Assembly (NCBI GenBank): GCA_035500235.1
Contig: DATJXK010000310.1
Span: 4,136 to 68,135 of the forward strand
Reading direction: 5' to 3'
Source: Pseudomonadales bacterium
GTDB lineage: Bacteria > Verrucomicrobiota > Verrucomicrobiia > Limisphaerales > UBA11358
Length of the DNA stretch: 64,000 bases
The first letter of the stretch is position 1. The number at the start of each line of letters is the position of its first letter. The translations under genes and the position numbers were made by a program. The notes under the pieces are model-generated. The model was not told where the DNA came from. It made no database searches and saw only the letters and a list, made by a program, of their open reading frames with translations. Below, in pieces: positions 1 through 8,299 of the stretch.

Positions 1-1
1 C

Positions 2-748
2 AGCGTTCTCGTCATACAAAAGAAATTTGCTGATGCCGCGCAGATTATGGAAGAAACTCTCACGCCCTCATTCGCCAGACAACCCGCGAGCGAAGAGTTT
101 TTGGATCAAACGGTCAATTTGGAAGCTCGCTCTGGGAATTGGGACAAAGCCGCGGCCTATGCTGCCCTGGCTTTTACGAACCAGCCACTGGATGCAGGGC
201 GCTACTGCCCGTTGGCGGCATTACTTGTAAGGACCCACCAGGTGGCCGCCTACGAAGAGCTTCGCCGGCGGTTCTTCATTCGTTTTGAAAATACCACCAA
301 TATTTATATCGCTGACCAGGTCGCGAAAACCTACCTGTTTCTTCCGCCGCCAAAAAATGACTTGCCGGCAATTGACCGTTTGGCTGATTTGACCATCGCA
401 CCCGGAAACACGGATGAAGGGGGCCTGCCATTTTATCAATACTGCAAGGCACTCTCAGAATATCGTCAGGGAAATTTCGCGGAAGCCGCATTATGGGCGC
501 AAAAATCAATCAATGGCCCGCGGATGGATGCCCGTGGGCCCGCTTATGCTATACTGGCGATGGCTAACTGGCAGCTTGGACAAAAAGATCAGGCACAAGC
601 TGCGTTGGCGAAGGGAAACGCGCTGGCTCCGAACGCAGTGGACCCGGGAGAAGATTGGCTGAAATGGTTATATGCGCGAATATTTTTAGACGAGGCCACA
701 ACGCTGATCTCGAATCAAACAAAATTAACAAATGGCGTTGGCAAATAA
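2..748 (+). CDS. TPR-like helical-repeat protein, C-terminal part (5' end lies outside the window)
   Basis: Frame 2 is open from nt 2, with no stop before the listed Met at 47. The tail has TPR-like helix pairs (YCKALSEYRQGNFAEAALWAQKSI; AYAILAMANWQLGQKDQAQAALAKG). Confidence 0.5.
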   Translation, partial: SVLVIQKKFADAAQIMEETLTPSFARQPASEEFLDQTVNLEARSGNWDKAAAYAALAFTNQPLDAGRYCPLAALLVRTHQVAAYEELRRRFFIRFENTTNIYIADQVAKTYLFLPPPKNDLPAIDRLADLTIAPGNTDEGGLPFYQYCKALSEYRQGNFAEAALWAQKSINGPRMDARGPAYAILAMANWQLGQKDQAQAALAKGNALAPNAVDPGEDWLKWLYARIFLDEATTLISNQTKLTNGVGK

Positions 749-811
749 AATCCGGCCAATTAGAGGCGAGTGGCGGATTTAAAAACAGTCGCCCAGGGAA
801 TCTCGATTATT

Positions 812-1366
812 GTGAGCGATATCACTCTAATGCTGGCAGACATTGAACGTGGCAATCCCAAAGCCGCTGAACAATTACTGGTGGTCGTCTACGATGAGTT
901 ACGACGGCTCGCGGCCTACAAGATGTCCCGGGAATCACCATGCCAAACGTTGCAGCCCACGGCATTAGTGCATGAGGCCTGGCTTAGGCTGGCAGGCAAC
1001 CGCAATCCCACTTTTAATGATCGGACCCATTTTTTCCGCGCCGCCGGCGAAGCCATGCGTCGTATTCTGATTGACCGAGCCCGCCGCAAACAGACTCATC
1101 GGCACGGCGGCAATCATGAGCGGGTGGTCATGGATGACTTGGAACTCGCCGCCCCCGCCGAGGATGCGCAACTCCTGACTGTGAATGAGGCGCTCACCAA
1201 ATTCGCAAAGGAATATCCCCTTCAAGCTAAATTGGTTAAATTACGATATTTTGTTGGCATGACCAATGAAGAGGCCGCCCAGGCCTTAAGCATTTCGGTT
1301 TCTTCCATTAAAAATTATTGGGTTTTCTCCCGCGCCTGGCTCCTGCGCGAAATCGAAGGCGACTAG
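812..1366 (+). CDS. ECF-type RNA polymerase sigma factor (TIGR02999-like subfamily)
   Basis: Region 2 (LVHEAWLRLAG) and a region 4 HTH (MTNEEAAQALSISVSSIKNYW) are present. The N-terminus (M)SDITLMLADIERGNPKAAEQLLVVVYDELRRLA is typical of this subfamily, from recall. I prefer the GTG at 812 to the ORF-track start at 770; the stop is the same. Confidence 0.85.
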   Translation: MSDITLMLADIERGNPKAAEQLLVVVYDELRRLAAYKMSRESPCQTLQPTALVHEAWLRLAGNRNPTFNDRTHFFRAAGEAMRRILIDRARRKQTHRHGGNHERVVMDDLELAAPAEDAQLLTVNEALTKFAKEYPLQAKLVKLRYFVGMTNEEAAQALSISVSSIKNYWVFSRAWLLREIEGD

Positions 1367-1500
1367 CTTTTTTTATTTATTTGACCGTTTCGGCCGGAAT
1401 TCTCGCTGTCTTCTGTGTGGGCAAGCTTCAACCAAAGAAAAGAAGCACCGACCTGTAGTCGTAGGCCCAAATTCAACGAAATGAAAATCATCAATCACAT

Positions 1501-2769
1501 ATGAACATGAAAACAATGGATCAAATTGAAACTGCTCCACGCGGTGCGTCTCACAGTGATGGACCAAAAATAAATCCTGGCGAAGAATGGAATTCTATCC
1601 GTCCGTTCCGCGTTGATATTCCAGATGCGGAACTAAACGGATTGCGCAAGCGCATCATCGAGACAAGGTGGCCGGACCATGAAACGGTTACCGATGCGAC
1701 GCAAGGTGTGCAATTTGCGACGATGCAGAGACTCGCCCACTATTGGGCGAAGGAATATGATTGGCGGAAGATCGAGGCAAAACTAAATGCTGTACCCAAT
1801 TTCATCACTAAAATCGATGGCCTGGACATTCATTTCATTCATGTTCGCTCGAAGGAGAAGAACGCGCTGCCGCTCATTGTCACGCACGGATGGCCCGGCT
1901 CAATAATTGAGCAGCTAAAGATCATTGGCCCACTCACAGATCCAGTTGCGTTTGGCGGCAGGGCCGAGGATGCTTTTAATATCATTATCCCCTCAATGCC
2001 TGGTTATGGTTTTTCTGGTAAACCAACGCAAGCTGGCTGGGGCCCTGTCCGCATCGCGAAGGCATGGATTGCCCTGATGAAGCGATTAGGCTACACGAAA
2101 TTTGTGGCGCAAGGCGGCGACTGGGGCGCTGTCATCGTTGATATGATGGGTTTACAGGCGCCGCTGGAACTGCTTGGCATTCATACTAACATGCCCGGTA
2201 TCTTTCCCGCCGAAATTGACCAAGCAGCCTTTTCCGGTGCGCCGGGGCCGGCAGGGCTTTCTGAAGAAGAGAAAATTGCATATGAACGTTTGCAGTTTGT
2301 TTATCAGAAGGGAATTGCCTATGGATATCAGATGGGCCTGCGGCCGCAAACATTATACGGGATCGCAGATTCACCGATTGGATTGGCGGCTTATTTCCTC
2401 GATCATGACGCGCGCAGTTACGAGTTGATCTCACGCGTCTTTGCAGGGGAATCTGCCGGCCTCACCCGTGATGACATCCTCGACAATATCACCGTCACAT
2501 GGTTGACAAACACGGCGCTTTCAGGTGCACGTCTTTATTGGGAATATTGGGGAAAGGGGTATTTTAACGCCAAAGGAGTCTCCATACCGGTTGCGGTTAG
2601 CGTCTTTCCGGACGAACTCTATCCGGCTCCCCGGAGCTGGACCGAGCGTGCATATCCCCAGCTTATCTACTACAAAAAGCACGACAAAGGGGGACATTTC
2701 GCGGCCTGGGAACAGCCGGAACTCTTGTCCGAGGACATTCGCGCAGGTTTCAGATCATTACGTAAGTAA
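1501..2769 (+). CDS. Epoxide hydrolase (microsomal-type N-terminal domain plus alpha/beta-hydrolase fold)
   Basis: N-terminal epoxide-hydrolase region (RPFRVDIPDAELNGLRKRI..RWP), HGWPGS oxyanion motif and GGDWG nucleophile motif. Confidence 0.85.
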   Translation: MNMKTMDQIETAPRGASHSDGPKINPGEEWNSIRPFRVDIPDAELNGLRKRIIETRWPDHETVTDATQGVQFATMQRLAHYWAKEYDWRKIEAKLNAVPNFITKIDGLDIHFIHVRSKEKNALPLIVTHGWPGSIIEQLKIIGPLTDPVAFGGRAEDAFNIIIPSMPGYGFSGKPTQAGWGPVRIAKAWIALMKRLGYTKFVAQGGDWGAVIVDMMGLQAPLELLGIHTNMPGIFPAEIDQAAFSGAPGPAGLSEEEKIAYERLQFVYQKGIAYGYQMGLRPQTLYGIADSPIGLAAYFLDHDARSYELISRVFAGESAGLTRDDILDNITVTWLTNTALSGARLYWEYWGKGYFNAKGVSIPVAVSVFPDELYPAPRSWTERAYPQLIYYKKHDKGGHFAAWEQPELLSEDIRAGFRSLRK

Positions 2770-2936
2770 TTGCGATCACCTCGCGAGGTTAGCCCAGGCT
2801 ACAGTGCGGGAGAAACGCTATTTATGACACTATCCGCCTTCGGTATTCGGCGCGGTTACTTCCTATGCTTTATTGTATAGGTGGTTAAAAAGAGGATGGG
2901 CCGGAGTACAGGCAACTTCCGGCCCTTGGGGGGTAA

Positions 2937-2982
2937 CTGGCGTTTGTTGGGAGCGCCAGAAATTTTAAATTTTTCTTTTTTC
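2937..2982 (+). terminator. Candidate intrinsic terminator: 6-bp stem ctggcg/cgccag followed by a T-rich tail
   Basis: ctggcg (2937-2942) pairs with cgccag (2954-2959), followed by aaattttaaatttttcttttttc. It lies in the 356-nt spacer between the convergent epoxide hydrolase and phoR genes. The stem is short and A residues interrupt the tail. Confidence 0.3.
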
Positions 2983-3125
2983 TGTTCGTCGTTTTATCAA
3001 CGGCGACAGATTTGTATTTAGCAGTAAACAGGCCGAATGTGCCATCAGCGAAAAAGCCAATGAATTCGCAGAATCATGGGAAAATGAAGCCGAAAAGGGA
3101 TTGCAGACCGCAATGTCCCGGCGGA

Positions 3126-4328
3126 TTAGGTTGCAGGTTGCAACTCTTTTTCCGCTTTCACCGGCAAAGCCGGCAGGGTGAAGAAGAAGGCGGCGCCTTT
3201 GCCGGGCTCGCTTTTAGCCCAAACCTCGCCGCCGTGGTTTTGAACGATGTGTTTCACGATGGAAAGACCCAAACCAGTGCCACCCTGCTCCCGCGAACGG
3301 GCCTTGTCCACACGATAAAAACGCTCAAAAACGCGGTCTAACGATTCGGCGGGGATGCCCGGGCCGTCGTCCCGGACAAAAACTTCAATCTTATCGCCGT
3401 TCAAACTCTCGCCTCCCACGACAACAGTTCCTTGCGGACGGCCATACTTGATGGCATTGTCCACGAGATTGGCCAGGACCTGTTCCATCCGGTTGCCGTC
3501 GGCATTGGCGGTGAGATCCGGCAATTCATTTTTGAGAGTGACACTCCGGCCATCGGCGCGGGCTTTCAAGTCGGCGAGGACTTTTTCGGCCACGGCATGG
3601 AGATGCACCGGCTGAAGGTTAAGCTGGACGCGGCCGGATTCGAGCGCGGAAATGGTGAGCAAATCCTGGATGAGCAGGTCGAGGCGTTCGGCATTGCGCT
3701 CGATGATTTGAAGAAAATGCTCGGCTACTTCGGGATTTTTCGCAGCGCCGTCGAGCAGGGTTTCGACGTAGCCTTTGATAAGTGAGAGCGGCGTGCGCAG
3801 TTCATGGCTAACGTTGGCGACGAATTCCTCGCGCGTACGTTCAAGCTGCTTAAGGCGCGTGAGATCGTGAAAGACGAGGATGGTGCCTTCGCGTTCGCCG
3901 GCGGAATTGGAAATAACCGCGGCATTGACTTGCAGCCAGCGGCCGTCGAGTTCGGGCAGCCTTAGTTCGTAATCGAAAACCTGTTTTTCGGCCTCGGCGC
4001 GCTCGACGAGTTCGGCCAGTTCGTGGAGGCGCAGGACTTCCATGACGGTTTTGCCGCGCATTTCGGCTTTCACGCCGAAGAGATTTTTGAAGGCGCGATT
4101 GGCGAGGTAAATTTTCCGGCTGCGGTCCAGGAGGAGCAACCCTTCGAGCATGGAGTTGAAGAGGACCTGCTGCTGGGCCTTGGCGTCAATGGTGGTTTGC
4201 TGCTGGTGACGCTGAAAATCCTCCATCTCGACCTGTACCTGGCGTTGCAGGCGCACAAATTTTCTATGCCAGAAAAAATAAATGGCAACAGCAGCGGCAA
4301 CGGCGAAAATGGTCAGTACGGGCCACAT
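3126..4328 (-). CDS. phoR: PhoR-like sensor histidine kinase
   Basis: N-terminal TM helix, PAS-like segment, H-box FVANVSHELRTPL, and HATPase boxes (LVDNAIKY, DDGPGIP, GGTGLGLSIVKH). It sits directly downstream of the phoB-like regulator. Confidence 0.8.
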   Translation of the reverse strand: MWPVLTIFAVAAAVAIYFFWHRKFVRLQRQVQVEMEDFQRHQQQTTIDAKAQQQVLFNSMLEGLLLLDRSRKIYLANRAFKNLFGVKAEMRGKTVMEVLRLHELAELVERAEAEKQVFDYELRLPELDGRWLQVNAAVISNSAGEREGTILVFHDLTRLKQLERTREEFVANVSHELRTPLSLIKGYVETLLDGAAKNPEVAEHFLQIIERNAERLDLLIQDLLTISALESGRVQLNLQPVHLHAVAEKVLADLKARADGRSVTLKNELPDLTANADGNRMEQVLANLVDNAIKYGRPQGTVVVGGESLNGDKIEVFVRDDGPGIPAESLDRVFERFYRVDKARSREQGGTGLGLSIVKHIVQNHGGEVWAKSEPGKGAAFFFTLPALPVKAEKELQPAT

Positions 4329-4358
4329 GCGAAAAAGCGCGCCTGGACGCGGCTTGAT

Positions 4359-5039
4359 TTACTCCACAAAGCGATAGCCGACACCCCGCACCGTGTCCAG
4401 ATGCTTCGAGGCCGGACCGAGTTTTTCACGCAGGCGGCGCATGTGCGTGTCTACCGTGCGGGTATCGATCAGGCTGTCGTATTCCCAAACGTCGCGCAAA
4501 AGCTGGTCACGGGATTGCACGCGGCCGGCGCGTTGGGCCAGGGTGGTGAGCAGCTTGAATTCGGTAGCGGTCAATTCGATGGTCTTGCCTTTCCAACTGG
4601 CCAGGTGGCGCGGCAAATCAATCAGCAAATCGCCAAAACGCATTTGTTCGCGGGGGCGTTCGGTAGTCACGCCGCGCCCGAGAATTTTTTTGATGCGCAG
4701 CAGCAGTTCGCGGGGGCTGAATGGTTTGGTAAGATAATCATCGGCGCCGAGTTCGAGGCCAAGCACGCGGTCGATTTCCGCGGCCTTGGCGGTCAACATG
4801 AGAATGGGCACGCGCGAGGTGGAAGGCTCCAGCCGCAGGGATTTGCACACTTCAAAGCCGTCCATTTCCGGCAACATGACGTCGAGCACGACCATGTCAG
4901 GCGTCTGCGCACGGGCCTTCTTCAGCGCAGCAGCGCCATCCCCGGCGGCGCTTACGGCATAACCGGCCTGCTTGAGATTAAACTCCAGGAGTTCTACTGC
5001 CTCCGGTTCGTCGTCCACGACCAAAATCTTCGGCTTCAC
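4359..5039 (-). CDS. phoB: PhoB/OmpR-family response regulator
   Basis: Receiver domain (KILVVDDEPE, VLDVMLPEMDG, LTAK) plus winged-helix output (LTATEFKLL, RTVDTHMRRLREKL, VRGVGYRF). The GTG at 5039 gives the classic (M)KPKILVVDD start. The ORF-track start at 5075 is a TTG. Confidence 0.85.
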   Translation of the reverse strand: MKPKILVVDDEPEAVELLEFNLKQAGYAVSAAGDGAAALKKARAQTPDMVVLDVMLPEMDGFEVCKSLRLEPSTSRVPILMLTAKAAEIDRVLGLELGADDYLTKPFSPRELLLRIKKILGRGVTTERPREQMRFGDLLIDLPRHLASWKGKTIELTATEFKLLTTLAQRAGRVQSRDQLLRDVWEYDSLIDTRTVDTHMRRLREKLGPASKHLDTVRGVGYRFVE

Positions 5040-5097
5040 AATTCCGTAAATATCATTTTCGAGTTTGTAACACAATCCAGAAACGGGCGAAAAGCGT

Positions 5098-5126
5098 GTT
5101 ACGGAATTGTTACGGTCGTGTGACGG
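5098..5126 (-). promoter_or_regulatory. Pho-box-like array of three phased heptamers upstream of phoB
   Basis: The minus strand reads CCGTCAC-ACGA-CCGTAAC-AATT-CCGTAAC, an exact 7+4 nt periodicity. It lies about 60-90 nt upstream of the GTG at 5039. Confidence 0.5.
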
Positions 5127-5194
5127 AGGATTTTTTAACGAAAAAGCTGAAAATCAGCGCTTTTACGAAGCCCGTTTTTGAGTAAATTAGTCCC

Positions 5195-6607
5195 ATGTCT
5201 TTACCGGTCATCACGGTCACGCAAATGAGGGAATGGGAAAAGGCCACGTGGGCTACGGGCCAGACGGAGGCAGAGGTCATTCGGCGCGTGGGAAAGCGCA
5301 TCGCCAAGCGCGTGCGCCGGCTCACCCGCTCGAGCGATGCCATTTTAATCCTGGCCGGCAAAGGCAATAATGGCAACGACGCCCGCGCGGCGCATGAACA
5401 GATCGAAGACCGGAAAACGGAAATCCTGAACGTCACCGCCCCGGAAACCGACTTACCAAAACTGCAAGAACTGCTGCGGCAAAAATTTGCGCTCATTATT
5501 GACGGCTTGTTCGGCATCGGCCTGAACCGGCCGCTCGACGAACATTGGAAAAAATTCATTTCAGCAGTCAACGAAACCAAACTTCCCGTCGTCGCAGTAG
5601 ATACGCCGTCGGGACTGAATTGCGAAACGGGAACGACGGAGGGCGCGGCGATCGAGGCGACGATTACGCTAACCGTTGGCGCGCCAAAAACCGGGATGCT
5701 TGCGCAGTCAGCGTGGCCATGGGTCGGGCGACTGGAAGTGCTGGAGGATGTGGGCCTGGTCCCCTGTCCGCTCACGTCGGAAATCAAGTGGACGCTGCGC
5801 GAGGATTTTGAACGATTCCCGCCCCGGCGCATGGAAGCCAGCCATAAGGGCTCGAACGGGCATTTGGCAATTGTGGCCGGGAGCCTCGGTTATCACGGCG
5901 CATCTGTTTTGGCTGCCCGGGCGGCCCAACGCGCGCAACCGGGATTAGTCACCTTGTTTACCGACGAGCATGTTTATCATGCGGTGGCCCCGCAATTACA
6001 GGCGGTGATGGTGAACGTTTTCAAACCGGAAATGAAGTTTCCAGATGCGGCCAGCGCGGTTTTGATTGGGCCGGGATTGCATGCACCGGGCATGGCCGAT
6101 GCCATGCGGAAGTCCCTGCAACGGCTCTGGCGCAATTCGTCACTGCCGGTGATCGTAGATGCCAGCGCGCTGGACTGGCTGGCGCCGCACACGCTGCCTA
6201 AAAACATTCTTCGCGTCATCACGCCGCATCCGGGCGAAGCCGCGCGCATGCTGAACTGGACCACGCCGCAAGTCCAGGCGGACCGGCCGCGCGCGTTGCG
6301 CGAACTGTCAAAGCGGTTTGGCGGCTGCTGGGTGGTCCTGAAAGGGCATCAAACAATCGTCGGCAACGAGGAAGGAAATATTTACGTGAATTCCTCCGGC
6401 AACCCGTTCCTGGGACAAGGCGGCACGGGTGACGTACTGGGCGGATATATCGCCGGCCTGCTCGCGCAGCCGGAGCTGCAAAAGGATGCCGGCCAGGCGG
6501 TGCGCTTCGCCGTCTGGCGGCACGGAAACGCGGCGGATGCCTTGCAGGAAAAAGAAAAATCGTGGATCACGGAAGATTTGATTACCGAAATGGGGAATGC
6601 CCGATAA
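5195..6607 (+). CDS. nnr: Bifunctional NAD(P)H-hydrate repair enzyme (YjeF_N epimerase plus ADP-dependent dehydratase)
   Basis: N-terminal LILAGKGNNGNDA motif and C-terminal carbohydrate-kinase-like domain (HKGSNGHLAIVAGS.GYHGA, GNPFLGQGGTGDVLGG). Confidence 0.85.
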   Translation: MSLPVITVTQMREWEKATWATGQTEAEVIRRVGKRIAKRVRRLTRSSDAILILAGKGNNGNDARAAHEQIEDRKTEILNVTAPETDLPKLQELLRQKFALIIDGLFGIGLNRPLDEHWKKFISAVNETKLPVVAVDTPSGLNCETGTTEGAAIEATITLTVGAPKTGMLAQSAWPWVGRLEVLEDVGLVPCPLTSEIKWTLREDFERFPPRRMEASHKGSNGHLAIVAGSLGYHGASVLAARAAQRAQPGLVTLFTDEHVYHAVAPQLQAVMVNVFKPEMKFPDAASAVLIGPGLHAPGMADAMRKSLQRLWRNSSLPVIVDASALDWLAPHTLPKNILRVITPHPGEAARMLNWTTPQVQADRPRALRELSKRFGGCWVVLKGHQTIVGNEEGNIYVNSSGNPFLGQGGTGDVLGGYIAGLLAQPELQKDAGQAVRFAVWRHGNAADALQEKEKSWITEDLITEMGNAR

Positions 6608-6674
6608 ACAATGACGGGCGCCCGGTATTGGAAATTTACTTTCGCAACACGGTTTCGTGTGTTAAGAAACTCTT

Positions 6675-7658
6675 GTGCGTAAAATCCTTTGGATAACTTT
6701 TGGTTTTTGGCTTTGCGGATTGCTCTGCATCGCCAATGCGGAAACATACCAGCTGGCCGACGGCACGTCGGTGAGCGGAGACATTATTTCAGCGAACGAT
6801 GACGGTGTCCTTTTCCACACCACGGACGACAAATATTCCGACCGGATTCCCTGGACCAAATTTTCGCAGGACGGGCTGAAGACCCTGGTAAAAAATCCCA
6901 AAGCAGCCTCCTATGCCGAGCCATTTATCGAAACGCCGCCGCCGGTGCATACCGCAACGGAAGTGCATGTGCATAATGTCGCGCGGCTGGAACTTCCGCC
7001 CAAGGGCTCCGTCATTGGCGGGCTTTTTTCGTCATCACTGGGAATCATTGTCATTCTGTTGATTTACGGGGCGAACATTTATGCCGGGTATGAAGTCGCG
7101 GTTTTTCGCGCCCGGCCACCGGCCGTGGTAATGGGCCTCTCGGCGGTGTTGCCGATTGTAGGACCGATTATTTTCCTCTCCATGCCGACGCTTATTCCGC
7201 CGGGCGCAACGGAAGAAGATATGCAAACGGAAACAGGTGCGCCGCCGGAAGCCATCGCGCCTGCGGGCGTGCCCGCGGCCCAAACGCAAACGACCGAATC
7301 GGTCCAGGTAACTGCCGCATCCTCGGGCTGGAAAACGACGACGCCATCGCCGGCAGCAGCCGCCCCCGCTGCGCCATCGTATCCTGCACCGGAAGTTTTC
7401 CAGCGCGGACAATTCACCTTCAACAAGCGGTTTATTGAAACTAAATTTTCCGGGTTCTTCGGCATGGTGCGGACCGGGGCGAACAAAGACATGGTCCTGG
7501 TCATTAAAACGGGGAAAGGCCAGTACGTGGCTGACCGCATTACGCGCATTTCAGCCAATGACGCACATTTTGAAGTCGTGTCGGGAGCCTCACGGCAGGA
7601 AGTGATGATATCGTTCGGTGAAATTCAGGAGATGCAACTCAAACACAAGGACGCGTGA
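6675..7658 (+). CDS. Hypothetical membrane protein (signal peptide, 2-3 TM helices, Pro/Ala-rich linker)
   Basis: GTG start, a signal-like N-terminus (ILWITFGFWLCGLLCIANA), hydrophobic helices in the middle, and a PAAAAPAAPSYPAP linker. I recognise no family. Confidence 0.55.
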   Translation: MRKILWITFGFWLCGLLCIANAETYQLADGTSVSGDIISANDDGVLFHTTDDKYSDRIPWTKFSQDGLKTLVKNPKAASYAEPFIETPPPVHTATEVHVHNVARLELPPKGSVIGGLFSSSLGIIVILLIYGANIYAGYEVAVFRARPPAVVMGLSAVLPIVGPIIFLSMPTLIPPGATEEDMQTETGAPPEAIAPAGVPAAQTQTTESVQVTAASSGWKTTTPSPAAAAPAAPSYPAPEVFQRGQFTFNKRFIETKFSGFFGMVRTGANKDMVLVIKTGKGQYVADRITRISANDAHFEVVSGASRQEVMISFGEIQEMQLKHKDA

Positions 7659-8245
7659 AATACAGGACCATACTCATGTTCGGCGCGCCGGGTTCCGGCA
7701 AAGGAACGCACGGGCGCATTCTCGGCACTATTCCAGGTTTTTACCATTGCGCGTGCGGGGACGTGTTCCGGACGCTGCGGCCGGACACGGAATTGGGCAA
7801 AGTTTTTCTGCAATATTCCAGCAAGGGCAGGCTGGTGCCTGATGAACCGACGATTGAACTTTGGCGCAAGACAATCAGCGGCAGTACGCAGATGGGGCAT
7901 TTTCACCCCGAACTCGACACGCTCGTGCTCGATGGCATTCCGCGCAACGTCCGGCAGGCGGAAATCCTGGATGACACGCTCGATGTCGTCGCCGTGCTTT
8001 ACCTCACGTCAGCCAAGCTGGAAAATTTAGTGGCGCGGCTGCAACGCCGTGCGCTCAAGGACAACCGCCTGGACGACGCCAACCTGGATGTCATTCGCGA
8101 ACGACTAAAGGTTTACGAAAAGGAAACGCGGCCGGTCCTGGATTTCTACGGAAAGAAGCTCCTGCATAACATCAACACGGACGATTCACCCTCGGAGACG
8201 TTTTTGCGCATTCTCAAACAGGTGGTGAAACTGAAAAACAAGTAG
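7655..8245 (+). CDS. Adenylate-kinase-family nucleoside monophosphate kinase (short, atypical)
   Basis: P-loop FGAPGSGKGT, LVLDGIPRNVRQAE, and C-terminal RLKVYEKETRPVLDFY. There is no zinc LID. The GTG start overlaps the upstream stop by 4 nt. Confidence 0.7.
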   Translation: MKYRTILMFGAPGSGKGTHGRILGTIPGFYHCACGDVFRTLRPDTELGKVFLQYSSKGRLVPDEPTIELWRKTISGSTQMGHFHPELDTLVLDGIPRNVRQAEILDDTLDVVAVLYLTSAKLENLVARLQRRALKDNRLDDANLDVIRERLKVYEKETRPVLDFYGKKLLHNINTDDSPSETFLRILKQVVKLKNK

Positions 8246-8299
8246 CGCGGCGCGCGTGTCCGCTTCATTCTTTTGGACCTGCCGGTACGTCCGGCTGTC

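Noticed and set aside
4023-5123. 366-aa plus-strand ORF over phoR and phoB
   Set aside because: It lies antisense to two genes with clear kinase and receiver motifs, so it is a shadow ORF. The same reasoning applies to 9341-10087, 10102-10980, 13246-13905, 22259-22966, 35254-35985, 40607-41401, 50127-50807 and 62461-63150.
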